Of a DNA stretch of 64,000 bases, positions 40,365-54,160 are shown piece by piece (position 1 is the first letter of the stretch; every line of letters begins with the position of its first letter). Both the position numbers and the translations under genes were made by a program. This DNA comes from Octopus sinensis (Eukaryota), in the NCBI RefSeq assembly GCF_006345805.1, contig NC_043001.1, positions 9,300,001-9,364,000 of the forward strand, written 5' to 3'. The notes below the pieces were generated by a model. That model was not told the DNA's origin. It saw nothing but the letters and a program-made list of their open reading frames with translations, and did not search any database.

Positions 40365-40845
40365 AGTGAGAGAGCAGTACATACCATCAAAGTGACACTG
40401 GGATAAAATATACGAAGCCCAGTATACCAATCATGACTACTCGTATGATAAGAGTACACCAGGCACATGCATCACAACCATGTGTGCGCGACATGGTGAT
40501 CTCATATCAAGATAAACAGCGTATGACCTTGCAGGTGGGGCCCAGTTAGAATTTTCTTCTGCTTGAGTAACCCATCCCGCTCAAAAGGTCTCTGAATAAA
40601 GGTTGCTTAAGGATGTTGAACGAAACACCCATGTTTCCAGAGGTGAATTATTCAAACCCCAACGAATCCTTCTCAACACATGGCTATGATGCTCCCCCAC
40701 TTCTTCTGCTCATGATCAGAAATGCACATATCGTCAGCCACTAAGGGACATGCTCAACTGGTTATGGTCAAACAACTGTCAAGCAAATCTGTTGTATTGA
40801 GCAGAATATTTGCTGTAGCCCATATTATATACAAAGACAAAACAA
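40365..40845 (-). mobile_element. Family-D ~480-bp non-coding repeat ending in (AAT)n
   Basis: Homologous to 42945-43378 (+), 45986-46277 (-) and 23972-24030. Confidence 0.8.
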
Positions 40846-41489
40846 TATTGTTATTATTATTATTCAGGTTACTGCTTGGAATCGAACTCGGAATCTTGGG
40901 GTTAATAGCCTGCGCTCTTTGCCACTACGCCAGATGCTCATGGGCAATTATGCTTATAAATCTAATATTTTCCTATCCTTCCTTAATATCGGTTCCCAAA
41001 TGCTACTCATGTCTGCACTGGGTCTGCTTAGGAGGTTGTTGTGTCTTAGCATATGTGCTGCTTCTTTTAGTTTTCGTATTTTCCAGTAGTGTTATCTATC
41101 TATTAATTTAACTTCATCCCATTTTTGCATACATGATCAGCTATACCAGATTTGTCTATATCTCCTCGTGTCACAGCTTTCCGATGATCCTCTACCCTTA
41201 TTTTGAGGGGCGACATGTTTCGCATTTATATAATCTACCACAGCTGCATAGGATGGAGTACACGCAGCGTTTGGTTATATTCTCTTCTATTGGGGGTTTT
41301 AGTCTTTGTTTTGGTTTTTTATTCATTGTTATCGTCCATGAGTGTTGAAAATAAGGTTTTATTTATCTTGCTGGTGTGTTTTAAATATTTTGTTATGTAA
41401 AAGTTTTCTGTTATTCTTTGTATCTTGGGAGGGCCATTGAGCCAATAATAAACACACACACGCACAGTTTCTGTTTCACTATTTTACTA

Positions 41490-41885
41490 TTTTACTTGTT
41501 TCAATCATTTGACTGCGACCATGCTGGAGCACAGCCATTAGTCGAGCAAATCGACCCAAGGACTTATTCTTTGTAAGCCTAGTACTTATTCTATCAGTCT
41601 CTTTTGCCGTACCGCTAAGTTTCGGGGACTTACACACACCAGCATCGGTTGTCAAGCGATGTTGGGAGAACAAACATAGACACACAAAGATATACACACA
41701 CATACATATATACATACACATATATACGACGAGCTTCTTTCTGTTTCCGTCTATCAAATCCACTCGCAAGGCTTTGGTCGGCCAGAGTCTATAGTAGAAG
41801 ACACGTGCCCAAGGTGCCATACAGCGGGACTGAACCCGGAACCATGTGATGGGTAAGCATGCTACTTACCATACAACCACTCCTT
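41490..41885 (-). mobile_element. Family-C SINE
   Basis: Homologous to the other C copies. Confidence 0.88.
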
Positions 41886-42851
41886 TTATTTTTGTTAGTC
41901 AAATGGTCAATTGGTTAACAATTTTACCTAATAACCAATCGATTGTTTTTGATTAATCGTTTGGTCAGTCAATCATACTGACCAAACGATTAATCAAACA
42001 GTCTCAGGCCCGCATCAGGTCGACAGACGTTAACAATCTTTTGATTGATCGAAAAATTAATCAAACAATCCGTCATTCAATAGACTAAATGTTTAACTAA
42101 CTGATTAATGATGATGAAGTGAAATAGAAACAGTTCACGTGTTTATTATTGGCATAACAGTCCATCCAATTTACAAAAAATCAATGTGGTTCAGCACACA
42201 AGATGACATCAATAATCTTGCGAGCCAAATACAAAAAGAGAAACGAAATTTTCTATTCTTATTTACTAAATATTTTCTAGTCTAAAAGAGAAATTTTACA
42301 AAAATGTTCTCAACGCAAACGACCCTGTTTTCATGTCCTTATGACAAACATAACGTCTCGATGTCAAATTTGAGTGATGTATTCGAAATACAATGACTCT
42401 TTTACTTGTCTTTATGTCTAACCTCGCTTGTAAATTTAGTGTCCAGTTGAAAATATTATTACAATAATTGACTACTCTTAGGTCATCTACATTATTGATT
42501 CTTTTATTTTTTTTGCATTTATCTTGGCTTAAAGAATTAATCTAATACGTCTGTAATAGTCCGCCATAATCTTTCCTTTTGATTTGTGTCTGTTGTACTC
42601 TGTCACATTCATTGATTCCTAACTATTTGTACGTCTCTGTTTCTATATCTAGATTGTTATTAGTCATTTTAATTAATTTTTTCCTTTCATCAAAGTCGCC
42701 TTAACCACACATTGTAATCTGAATGTTATATCAATTCCTTTGGTAAAAGTTTCTGTAATGTCTACAGAATACTGACTGACCCACGTAAACAGGTTTACTT
42801 CATTGAACCCGCTCACAAAAAGTAATAATAATGATCGCGGTGGTGATAATG

Positions 42852-42890
<39 letters not shown>

Positions 42891-42944
42891 GTAAATGCCC
42901 TGATGCAGTACCAGGCATGGCATCTGTTATCATGTATATTATTT

Positions 42945-43378
42945 TGTCGTGGTATAAAAGATGGGCTTCAGCAAATATTCTGCTCAATACCACAGATTTA
43001 CTTGTCAGTTGTTTGACTTTAACCAGCTGAGCATGTCCCTTAGTGGCTGACGATATGTGCATCTCTGATCACGAGCAGAAGTAGTGGGGGAGCATCATAG
43101 CCATGTGTTGAGAGGGATTCTTTGGGGTTTGAATAATTCACCTCTGGAAACATGGGTGGTTCGTTCAACATCCTTAAACAACCCTTATTCAGGGACCGTT
43201 TGAGCGGGATGGGTTAGAAGAAAATTCTAACTGGGCCCCACCTGCAAGGTCATGCGCTGTTTATCTTGATATGAGATCACCATGTCGCGCACATATAGTT
43301 GCGATGCATGTGCCTGGTGTACCCTTATCAGACGGGTAGTCATGATGGGTATACTGGGCTTCGTAAATGTTATCCAAA
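42945..43378 (+). mobile_element. Family-D repeat, 3' end fused to an R4-type C-terminus
   Basis: Colinear with the reverse complement of 40365-40845 up to ...cttcgtaaatgttatcc. Confidence 0.8.
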
Positions 43379-43632
43379 TGTACCAATAATTGTCGGAGCC
43401 CTGGGAACAGTGAGTAGAAATCTTGAGAAGTACATGGAACAAATAGGGTGTACAATAAGGGTGGAGCACTTGCAGAAAACAGCACTGCTTCGAATCGCTC
43501 GAACACTCTGGACAGCGCTCGAAAAAGAAGGGCTGTTACCTTAGTTCACTGGTAGTGAACAACAGGCATCATAGTACATCTCCAGCGAAAGAAGCTGTGC
43601 AAAGACATTAAAATAATAATAATAATAATAAT
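43379..43632 (+). pseudogene. R4/Dong-type LINE 3' end with (AAT)n tail
   Basis: PIIVGALGTVSRNLEKYMEQIGCTIRVEHLQKTALLRIARTL followed by aataataataat. Confidence 0.82.
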
Positions 43633-43839
43633 AGCAAAAAGGTGGACAGTGAGGAACGCAGCAGTAGACACATTCTCTTGGCGGTGATGTGAGCTCTACC
43701 ATATTACCTTATGTTAGCATCAACCATCTTCCCTGTGTCGGAGAAATGTAAGATTTTATGGGATTTCCTATTCAAACGGAAAACAAGTTAGAAAATAATA
43801 AAACAACTATAGACAAGGAAATCATTTTCCTAAGTGTCA

Positions 43840-44500
43840 AGGTCAGGTGTAGCTTGCAGAGAACGAAAAGCGAAAGAGGTAGGCTATCACCCTGGAAATC
43901 CCTCTTCTGATACCCAGGGTGGCCAAGCTTTACCGTAAGATGTCAGTCGATTTTCCATCGTGCCATACTTCTCTCCAGAAAACACGTTACATTCCTCGCA
44001 ATTCCAAACAGATCTGGGATGGAAGCACTCCGTCGGTTACGACGATGAGGGTTCCGGTTGATCCGAATCAACGGAACAGCCTGCTCGTGAAATTAACGTG
44101 TAAGTGGCTGACCACTCCACAGACACGTGCACCCTTAACGTAGTTCTCAGGGATATTCAGCGTGGACCAGAGAGTGACAAGGCCGGCCCCTTGAAATACA
44201 GGTACAACAGAAACAGGAAGTAAGAGTGGAGTGAGAGAAAGTTGAGGCGAAAGAGTACAACAGGGGTCGCCACCATCCCCTGCCGGAACCTCGTGGAGCT
44301 TTAGGTGTTTTCGCTCAATAAACACTCACAACGCCCGGTCTGGGAATCGAAACTGCGATCCTCCGAGCGCGAGTCCGCTGCCCTAACCACTGGGCCATTG
44401 CGCCTCCACCCAAACAGATCTAAGCTCTCTATGATCCACGAATGTGGAATCATATCATAAGCTTTGCGATTATCGATCCTGGCCACAAAATCACTATACT
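43840..44500 (-). pseudogene. R4/Dong-type reverse transcriptase fragment interrupted by a B1 SINE
   Basis: IDNRKAYDMIPHSWIIESLDLFG, then the SINE, then IARNVTCFLE and a frameshifted IRRG-FQGDSL-PL-LFVL. Confidence 0.8.
44016..44409 (-). mobile_element. Family-B SINE with tail B1 and TSD ccaaacagatct
   Basis: Direct repeat at 44004-44015 and 44410-44421. Confidence 0.92.
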
Positions 44501-45804
44501 CAATGACTGACAAAGAGAAGTAACTCTCCAGCATATATAGTCGGATCGCGATTTCGGATTTTGATGTAAACCATATTATTCCTCATCAGCGACTCTTAAC
44601 GCCTAGGGTTAAACTCAGCTATCTCTGTCAGTCTTATAGGAAAAACCGTTGGAAAGCATGTGTCGATTTTCAAAACGATAAAAGTGTAAACAAGAAATTG
44701 AAAAGAGTGGCTTATTAGCAATTAGAACCAAAAGGCAAAATTAATAGGGGTCACAAAAGTGACAGAGGATAGCGGGCAAAATTAATAGAGGCCAAGACTC
44801 TTATTTTTAGCAAAAGCGGTGCTAGTCAGTAACCCTTGTCACATTTGTGAGTTCTATTAATTTGGACTTTGGGTTCTAATTGCTAATAAGCGACCCTTTT
44901 AATTTTGTCACATGTGTGTGTGTGTCTGTGTGTAATTGTGTGTGTATGCGTATATCTATGTGTGTGTATCTTTATGTTTGTGTTTGTCCCGCGCCACTGC
45001 TTTCAACCGGTATTGGCCTGTTTACGCCCCATTAACTTTGCCTTTCGGCAAAAGATACCTATAGAATTAGTACTAGGCTTTAAAAACGTCCTGGGGTCGG
45101 TTTGTTTGACTAAATGCCTCAAAAGGGTGCCCCAGCATGGATGCAGTCATGTAGCTTGGCCCCTTTTAAATACGAACTGGGGAACATGCATGGAGTTATT
45201 GAACGTTCTCATGATGTTAAGGTTACCAAAAAATGTGTCAAGTTAAGAAAAATATTCGTTAAAAGAGAATCGCAGACTTGTTCGGAATTACAAATATCAC
45301 GTGAATGTTCGCGATTAACAAATGCAATTAAGGTTAACCTATGTTTAACAAATACAGTGTGAAAATGCCCTGACAGCCTTTACAATTACTCGCGTTACTA
45401 TTTTCTGAAACATGGCGATGTCTATACGTTGAGGTAATCTATCAAATGCCCTTACAGAAATGGTTAAGTAACTGCCTTGTTATGCCAATTACAGTTCGGA
45501 TGATTGACACGTTTCTTAATTGCTGTAATGAATTTAATTCAACAAGCAGGACGTTATCATTTCTTAACTATTCAGATTGCTTCTGAACAACATAATAGTT
45601 ATGTCGGTATTATGTCGGTAATTAGCACACTATTGTTACATTTGTCAACGAGAATGATGTCGGGTTTCTAATGTGTTATCTCGTGGGTTTTCAATGCTGA
45701 GCTTCCATACTATTTACACTTCGATGTTATTTTCTTTTCGTCTTTGTTTTTTTCTAAAACTGACATAGCTTTAGATGAGCAGCAGAAAGCCTTAAAATGA
45801 ACTG

Positions 45805-45826
45805 GTTGATTACCATCATCATCATG

Positions 45827-45891
<65 letters not shown>

Positions 45892-45985
45892 CATCATCAT
45901 TATCATTATTATTATTATTATCATTATTATTATTATTATTATCATTACTATCATTATTATTTTTATTATCATTATTATTATTATT
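45805..45985. repeat. (ATT)n microsatellite (tail of a family-D copy)
   Basis: Directly visible; adjoins the family-D 3' end at 45986. Confidence 0.95.
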
Positions 45986-46332
45986 GAGTGAGAGAGCAGT
46001 TCATGCCATCAAAGTGACACTGGGGTAAAATATACGAAGCCCAATATACCCATCATGACTACCCGTCTGATAAGGTTATACCAGGCACATGCATCACAAC
46101 CATATGTGCGCGACATGGTGATCATATCAAGATAAACAGCACATGACCTTGCAGGTGGGGTCCAGTTAGAATTTTCTTCAGGTTGAGTAGCACATCCCGC
46201 TCAAAAGGTCTCTGAATAAGGGTTGTTTAAGGATGTTGAAAGAACCACCCATGTTTTCAGAGGTGAATTATTCAAACCCGGAACCATGTGGTTGGTAAGC
46301 AAGCTACTTACCACACACCCACTCCTGCGCCT

Positions 46333-47110
46333 ATATTTATTTAATTTGTTAGATTCCTTTACACCTATATTTTTATCAGTGGGAACCCTTATATCTATTA
46401 ATGTGCAAGTATTTTCTTCCCCGTGTTTAATAATCATGTCTGGTCGATTAGCCTTGATCGTTCTGTCAATTTTGACTGGAAGATCCCAGAGGACGGTGAC
46501 ATTTTCACCGCCAACGATTGGTTTAAAATGTTCTTATCAGTTAGTAGCAGTGCTGATTTTTATTGTGTTTACATATTTTCCAATGCAAATATTGTTCTAC
46601 TCTATCGTGTAGATTACTGTTTTGTCACATGTGTCACAGAATCTGCATTAAGGGTCAGTACCCTTTTGAAGAACGTTAGCCAGGTAGTTTAAGGTAAGCA
46701 AGCTTTGATCTTCTTCACTGAACGTCTCAGAGACTGATGGGTTGTTGGTTGATCTACATCAGCATTTTGACTTCGGAGGATATACTGTCCATACAGGTGC
46801 TTCTGGCTCCACCACTCCTCAGTTTGTTTCTGCCCATTCTTACTTGTAATCTGCTTGATCCATTTTTCTGGTTTGATGGTGGCAATGATTTCAGGCTCTT
46901 CATCTAATGTAGGGTTAATGCCATGCTCTCTTGCGAATCTATAAGCTTCCTTGACAATAGAATGTTACTTTTCGTTGCTTTCATGTTTGTACACAAATCG
47001 CAGCATTCAGTCTTCTGTTCATTGCTACTTTGGAAGTCTTGTAACACATTTCTATCTGCATCAGTCTTCTTCCCTCATTATATCTAGGTAAGTACACTTA
47101 TTCCCAGTAA
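46333..47110 (-). pseudogene. R4/Dong-type LINE remnant (thumb/linker, CCHC region, endonuclease)
   Basis: LPRYNEGRRLMQIE...KHLYGQY...HWKICK...VTVLWDLPVKIDRTIKANRPDMIIKHGEENTCTLIDIRVPTDKNIGVKESNKLNKY. Confidence 0.85.
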
Positions 47111-47527
47111 TCCTACAATAATTACGTGAATTCACCGTACAACTAATTGCAATTCTGTTCGCTTTGTGGAACAGCTGTATTTTTTAGGTTTTATCATTTT
47201 CATAATATAGACATTATTCACCGTTAATATGTACAGTCTGTAGGAATGCTATTTTCTATAAACAGTGAATTTTTATAAGTAACGAGATGTTAGCTACATA
47301 TTTGCCTGTTTGTTTTTAATTATTCCCAGCTTTGAGGGATTGTTTTGCGTTGCCTATCTCTGATTTCAAACTATGTAGGTGTTTTTAAATACAAATATTG
47401 TTTAATATGTATTTTTGTTAATTCTCTTTAATTCTTTACAAGCGGCTGTGATATAATTGTGTTCTCGTTGCCCCAAACCATTCTTGCATTCTTGACAAAA
47501 AATATTCTATTGATCAGATTTTGATTC

Positions 47528-47581
<54 letters not shown>

Positions 47582-47585
47582 AGAG

Positions 47586-47658
<73 letters not shown>

Positions 47659-47678
47659 TACATATATACATATAATAT

Positions 47679-47709
<31 letters not shown>

Positions 47710-48054
47710 TAGATAGATATACATATATATAGATAGATAGATAGATATACATATATATAATATATATATATATAATATATATCCTTTTGAATTTTCTTTG
47801 TCCTATTTCTTCATTTAGCAATCGGTTGAAAAATATAACTAACATATTATTTGACCAGCTCAGATATTGACGCTGTTTGTTTTTGCATATTTTATTTCTG
47901 TCGCAATATAAATTATCTTTAATAGCATTTCCCAGTTCTATACTCTTCTATGATTCATGTATATGTGGCACGGATTGATTCTTAAGTATTTTTGCATATC
48001 TGCATATCATTGTTGTCTAATTTTCACATTTCTGCTTCTATATCTAACATGGCA

Positions 48055-48640
48055 ATAAGTCGGCGAGCTGGTAGAAACGTTAACACGCCGGGCGAAATGC
48101 TTTATGTTCTTAGTGGAGGTGTAATGGCCCAGTGGTTAGGGCAGTGGGCTCGCGGTCTTAGGATCGTGTTTTCGATTTCCAGACCGAAAGTGAGTGTTTA
48201 TTGAGCGAAAACACCTAAAGCTCAACGAGGCTACGCCAGTGGGGTTGGTGAACCCTGCTGTACTCTTTCACCACAACTTTCTCTCACTCTTTCTTCCTCT
48301 TTCTTTTGTACCTGTATTTCAAAAGGTCAGCCTTGTCACTCTCTGTGTCAAGCTGAATCTCCCTGGGGAACTACGTTAAGGGTACACGTGTATGTGGAGT
48401 GCTCAGTCACTTGCACGTTAATTTCACGAGCAGGCTGTTCCGTTGATCGGATCAACTGGAACACGCGTCGTCGTAACCGACGAAGCGTTCTTGCGTTCTG
48501 AGTTCAAATTCCGCCGTGGTCGACTTCGCCTTTCATCCTTTCGGGGTTGATAAATTAAGTACTAGTTGCGTACTGGGGTCGATCTAATCGACAGACCCCC
48601 TCCCCCAAAATTTCGGGCCTAGTGCCTAGAGTAGAAAAAA
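48055..48640 (+). mobile_element. Family-A SINE (A2 tail) interrupted by a nested B1 SINE (48113-48485)
   Basis: A head to ~48110, B1 copy, then the A core resumes; short gttctt duplication at the junctions. Confidence 0.82.
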
Positions 48641-48939
48641 TATATCTAACATGACATTAATATTTTGTTTTTCTAATGAAGTGAGATGGCGCAATTGTTA
48701 GCACACCGGGCAAAATGCTGAGAGGCATTTCGTCTGTTCTTATGTTCTGAGTTCAAATCCTGCCAAGGTCGACTTTGCCTTTCAGCCTTTCGGTTTCGAT
48801 AAAAGATGTGTTAAGTATTGTGGAAAGAAAACCTGCGAGACCCTTGACAACAGGTTCTTGTCCGCTCTTACAGATTAAACCAGAGGAAAGGAAACAGGGA
48901 TCTCTGAGAAGTGAAATAGAATGGATAATAATAATTATG

Positions 48940-49117
48940 GTATCGAATTTTTCCACAAGGGCAGCAATTTGGGGAAAGCGGTACTTATTTTATTGACCTC
49001 GAAAGGATGAAAGGCAAAGTCGACCTTGGTTGAATTTGAGCTCAGAACATCAAGGCGGGCGAAATACCGACATGCATTTTGCCCGGCGAGCTGACGATTC
49101 TGCCAACTCACCACCTA

Positions 49118-49168
<51 letters not shown>

Positions 49169-49385
49169 TTTGGCACAAGGCCAGCAATTTCGGGGCTAGG
49201 GGATTAAGTCGCATACATCGACCCCAGTGTTCAACTGGTACTTATTTTATCGATCCCGAAAGGATGAAAAGAAAAGTTGATCTCGGTGGAATTTGAACTC
49301 AGAACGTTGCTAGAGACAAAAACCCGCTAATCATTTTGGTTGGCGCGCTAACGATTCTGCCAGCTCGCCGCCTTCAGAAGAAGAA

Positions 49386-49420
<35 letters not shown>

Positions 49421-49905
49421 AGAAGAAGAAGAAGAAGAACAGGGAGAAGAAGAAAAGGGAGAAGAAGAAGAAGAAGAAAAAGAAGAAGAAGAAGAAGAAG
49501 AAGAAGAAGAAGAAGAAGAAGAGAAAGGGAGAAGAAGAAAAGGGAGAAGAAGAAAAGGGAGAAGAAGAAGAAGAAGAAGAAGAAGAAGAAAAGGGAGAAG
49601 AAGAAAAGGGAGAAGAAGAAAAGGGAGAAGAAAAGGGAGAAGAAGAAAAGGGAGAAAGAAGAAGAAGAAGAAGAAGAAAAGAAGAAGAAGAAAAGGGAGA
49701 AGAAGAAAAGGGAGAAGAAGAAAAGGGAGAAGAAGAAGAAGAAGAAGAAGAAGAAGAAGAAGAAGAATTTTGGCTGAGGACCAGCAGCTGTTGTGGGCCG
49801 GGAAATGTCGTTTATATTGACCCTAGTTCTTGACTGGTACTTATATCTATCGATTCCGAAAGGCTGAAGAAAATGTTGACTTCGATGGAATTTGAACTCA
49901 GTATG
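48940..49905 (-). mobile_element. Three family-A (A2-tail) SINE pieces separated by (AAT)n and (GAA)n arrays
   Basis: Segments 48940-49115, 49170-49375 and 49770-49905 match family A. Confidence 0.75.
49376..49767. repeat. Polypurine (GAA)n / (AAGGGAGAAGAAGA) tract
   Basis: About 390 nt with a single pyrimidine (C49440). Confidence 0.97.
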
Positions 49906-52113
49906 CTGACGACGACGACAACGACGACGACGATGATGATGATGATGATTACTGAAAACTATGATTTTTCTCTTCCTCTGTGACTCTCCATGCTTGCTTA
50001 TGCTCTTTTGGTTTCAGAAATCTGTTTTTCGTCCTTCGATACATACACTGAATCGCTTTATTTCCTTTAATTAACTTCTTCTTCACTTGTCTTTGAACTC
50101 CGCTCATTTCTCCTCTTAACATCCAATTGGATCGGTCACGATAAATCTCTCCATTCCTTTCACAAACATGAAAGACTGGCTGTTTTGTATTTTCTCACAA
50201 TATTTCTCTGCTTAATATTTTTTCTTGAACATTTTTTTATCACTGCAACCAAAAATATCAAAAATCCATACCTGCTTTTGATGGCTATTCACAAAAATTA
50301 AATCTGGACTTCTGACAGTCGTACATTTACGCTTGTTTTATTCAAAATCCCAACATATTTTTTTTCCCCAATTTTGTCACTCTATCTCACCCGGCTTTAC
50401 AATACGCTACAGATCTCTCCTCCAATCCTTTCTTTGCTTAAGCTAATGTTAAGTCCATCAATACGTTATTTGTCTTTTCTCATTTTTAATAATTATTCTC
50501 AGCGAGTATTTTACATCGTGGCATCAAAGGTGAAATATTTCTCGCTCTTCCTCAGATATCCTCCGCATCTCTTGTGTCACTTTCATCTCTCATGCAGTTT
50601 TCGATGCTCCTATCTATTCTTGTTTTGTTTATTTTATATCACATTTGATGAATAATAACGTCGTTTGGTTAGAAGTTACCGACGGTTCGCTGCCCTTTTT
50701 TTTTTTTTTGTTAGAGGAGAGAATGAGAATGATAAGGGAAATTCCATACCACGTGGTGCAGAACAAATACAAATAATGTGTTTTTATTCGAAAGCACCGG
50801 TTTTACAGTTTTCTCAATAATATTTATATCTTACCTTTCATTTACACCAGAGAACCAGAGATACACACATAAAGTCACACCCACACAAATGAACACATAT
50901 GTATATATATATAGGTGTGTGTGTTGGTGTGTGTGTGTGTTTGTTTTTGTATGTATGTATAACGTATATATACGTTTAGATAAATATATATATATATATA
51001 TATATATCTATATATAATATATGCACATATATACATATATACATATAATATATATATACACACATACATATACATATATATGTATATATATATATACATA
51101 TACATATACACACATATATATGTAATATATATATATATGTTGTGTGTTATGTGTATATATATATATATATATATTACATCACACACACATGCACAAACAT
51201 ATGTATGTATACTTATCCAGTTACGCGTCTTATATCTATATATACACATACGACTTCATATATTTATTTCCATGCGTTTACAAAGCAGTTCCGCCGCACG
51301 GTCACTATTTCTTGTCGACCATATTCCACGCACCAAAGCAAATTGGTCGACCCACGAATAAAACAGAACCGAATTCATCAAGATTCGGCGCAGTTGGATC
51401 AAACTCGAAACCACGTGGACACGAACGAAATTTCTTCATCAAATCAAACGCTACACTCACTCGCATACACTTTCCTTAATGATGGAACAATTGTCGTTTA
51501 TTTCTAAGTTACAGCTTAACTCTCCAAAGATTATGCATAAGCAGGTCTTAACAATTTCCCCACCCCCTTACGGTATTATTATCTTTATACAGCTTAACTT
51601 TGAATTTCTCCAGTCCTTTTGAAGTATCTTTTATACAGTTCCCTTGCATCCTGTGCCTTGATCTATGATTCATTCACTCACTTTCTCTTATGGATTTTAT
51701 CCCTTACCAAATCTCTCACCATTCTTCCAACGCTGAGCTTTATTACGTTTGTCGCTTCTGTTTAATTAGAAAGTATTCGTTCATGATCTCCCTTTTATAT
51801 GCTGTGTTTAACCATTCATATATTTCCTTACAACATACTGTTAGTTTGCATACACACGTCTGTGTGTGTGTGTGTGCGTTGTACGAGTTTTGTACACACA
51901 CACACACATATATATATACATATATATGTGCATACATATAGATATATGTATATATATGTATATATGTATGTGTGTATATACATATATATACATACACATA
52001 TATGAATTTTTTTTGTGTGTATATGTATGTGTTCATGTATGCTAGAAGTATGTTGCATATATACATACATATATACATATATATGTATGTCTACTATACA
52101 CATACACACACAC

Positions 52114-52154
<41 letters not shown>

Positions 52155-52744
52155 ATTATATATATATATTATATATATATATATGTATGTTACTATATGA
52201 TATGCATATATATTTATGTACATATATATACACATGTATGTGTATATAAAATTGTGGGTGTGTGTGTGGTGTGTGTGTGTGTGCGTGCATGTGAGTATGT
52301 ATGAGTGTGCACGTATGTTTGTAACTCTCTGTGCATGCTTAATTCATAATGCCGAAACATCGATATCAATATTCCCAGGCAAATTATGACCTTATCATTT
52401 TCTTGCCTACCAAGCAGGATTTTCCCTCAGACAATTCTATGAAATAGTTGCGTTCTCCATTTTGGATTCAATTCGGTTTAATGAAACCACGCTCAAAACA
52501 TTCGATTCTGTTGAAGCAACTTTGTATTTTAGAAGGGGAGAAGGTGGGGGGGCATATAGTTGTCATTTGACAAGCTAAAAATAACAGCAAAATCTCTTTC
52601 CAAAAATATATACTTTACATCCCACTAAGACGTAAATGGAAGTAATTTTGTTCCAGATCAATAGTTTTCAGCCGGGTTCCCTTAGGGTCCATATACAATT
52701 TCGAGGGTTCCGTGTAGCAGAATTGTGAATTGGGGTTAGGGTTA

Positions 52745-52978
52745 AGGCGGCGAGCAGGAAGAAACATTAGAACGCCGGAGAAAATGCTTAGCGGCATTTC
52801 GTCTGACGCTACGTTCTCAGTTCAAATTCCGCCGAGATCGACTTTGCCTTTCCTCCTTTCAGGGTCGATAAATTAAGCACCAGTTAAGCACTTGGGTTGA
52901 TGTAATCGACGTAATCCATTTGTCTGTCCTTGTTCGTCCTGTCTATGTTTAGCCCCTTGTGGGCAATAAAGAAATAAG
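52745..52978 (+). mobile_element. Family-A SINE
   Basis: Matches the A consensus. Confidence 0.88.
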
Positions 52979-54118
52979 AATTATGAATTGGGGATCCACA
53001 ATGTTTGTTTAATGGCTCCTGAAAAGCTTTACTTTTGATGTGTATTTTGTGCAACACGTATTCTGGAGGATAACGTTGCTATTGATCAACTTAGGATCAG
53101 TAAGAATTCCCTCAATAATGGTAATAGCATTAACCCTACCAGGAATTGAACCCAAACTTACTCTATTCGTTCTTACTTACACGAAAAAGCTAGGTTTCTT
53201 TCTCTAACATTTTACGTGGTTTATCCTACACAAGTTATTGTGTGTAAAACAAAATAAGAATTTTGAAAGAAGTTCCTATAAAACTGGTATTTCAATATGA
53301 AATGGCAATTGGGGTCTACAGGAATAAAATTGTAACCAAAGGAGTCCGTAGGGAGCAAAAATATTTGAGAACCCTTATGCGAGATAAAATGCGCTTGAGT
53401 AGAAGACGGAATTGTTACGACTGAAACGCATGTAGTCACAGATGTGCATCTAACCTAGAACACGAGAACTGCAACAAAACTTCACTCATAATATTCACTA
53501 GATAATTGTGAAAGTTCGATTTCCTTGCAGTTTTGTTATATATTTTCTATTTACTTCCTTCCTGGAAAGTAAAGAGACACAATCTTTAGTTTTCTCAAAG
53601 ATTTTCTAATTTTACAAAATATACAAAATACCTTTAAATACTTCCAACTTTTGTTGTTTAAATATATTATTCCTAGGTTTGTATTGCTTTTAATGTAGTT
53701 CTTTTCAGTATATTTGATATTGCTCCATTTCTAAACGCGTAATATCCTCTTCATTCAATGTTAAGCTCTCACAGTAAAGTCAAACGTGAGTATTGGATAA
53801 GTTCTTTATGTTGTGGGAAGGCAGTACTGAAATGTCAGCGATTCCTTCTTCCTATATCTTACCATTTTAAACAGACTCATGAACTTTACCATAAAGCTGA
53901 CGCTGACTTAGCTCAGACCACCAACCTTTCTCTCGAATTATTTCTTTGTTTTGTTATATTCTAATACAAAGTTACTTTCAGTTAATGTCTTTCTTTACGC
54001 AATATAATTGCGTCAAAGAACGGAATATAGATACACCAAATACTTCTGTGTCTTACATTTACATTTCTCTCTCTCTCTCGCTCTCTCTCTTTCTCCTTCT
54101 GTATATAATTATATATAT

Positions 54119-54160
<42 letters not shown>

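Noticed and set aside
49336-49833. Lys/Glu-rich 165-aa ORF
   Set aside because: Translation of the polypurine tract, flanked by SINE sequence.
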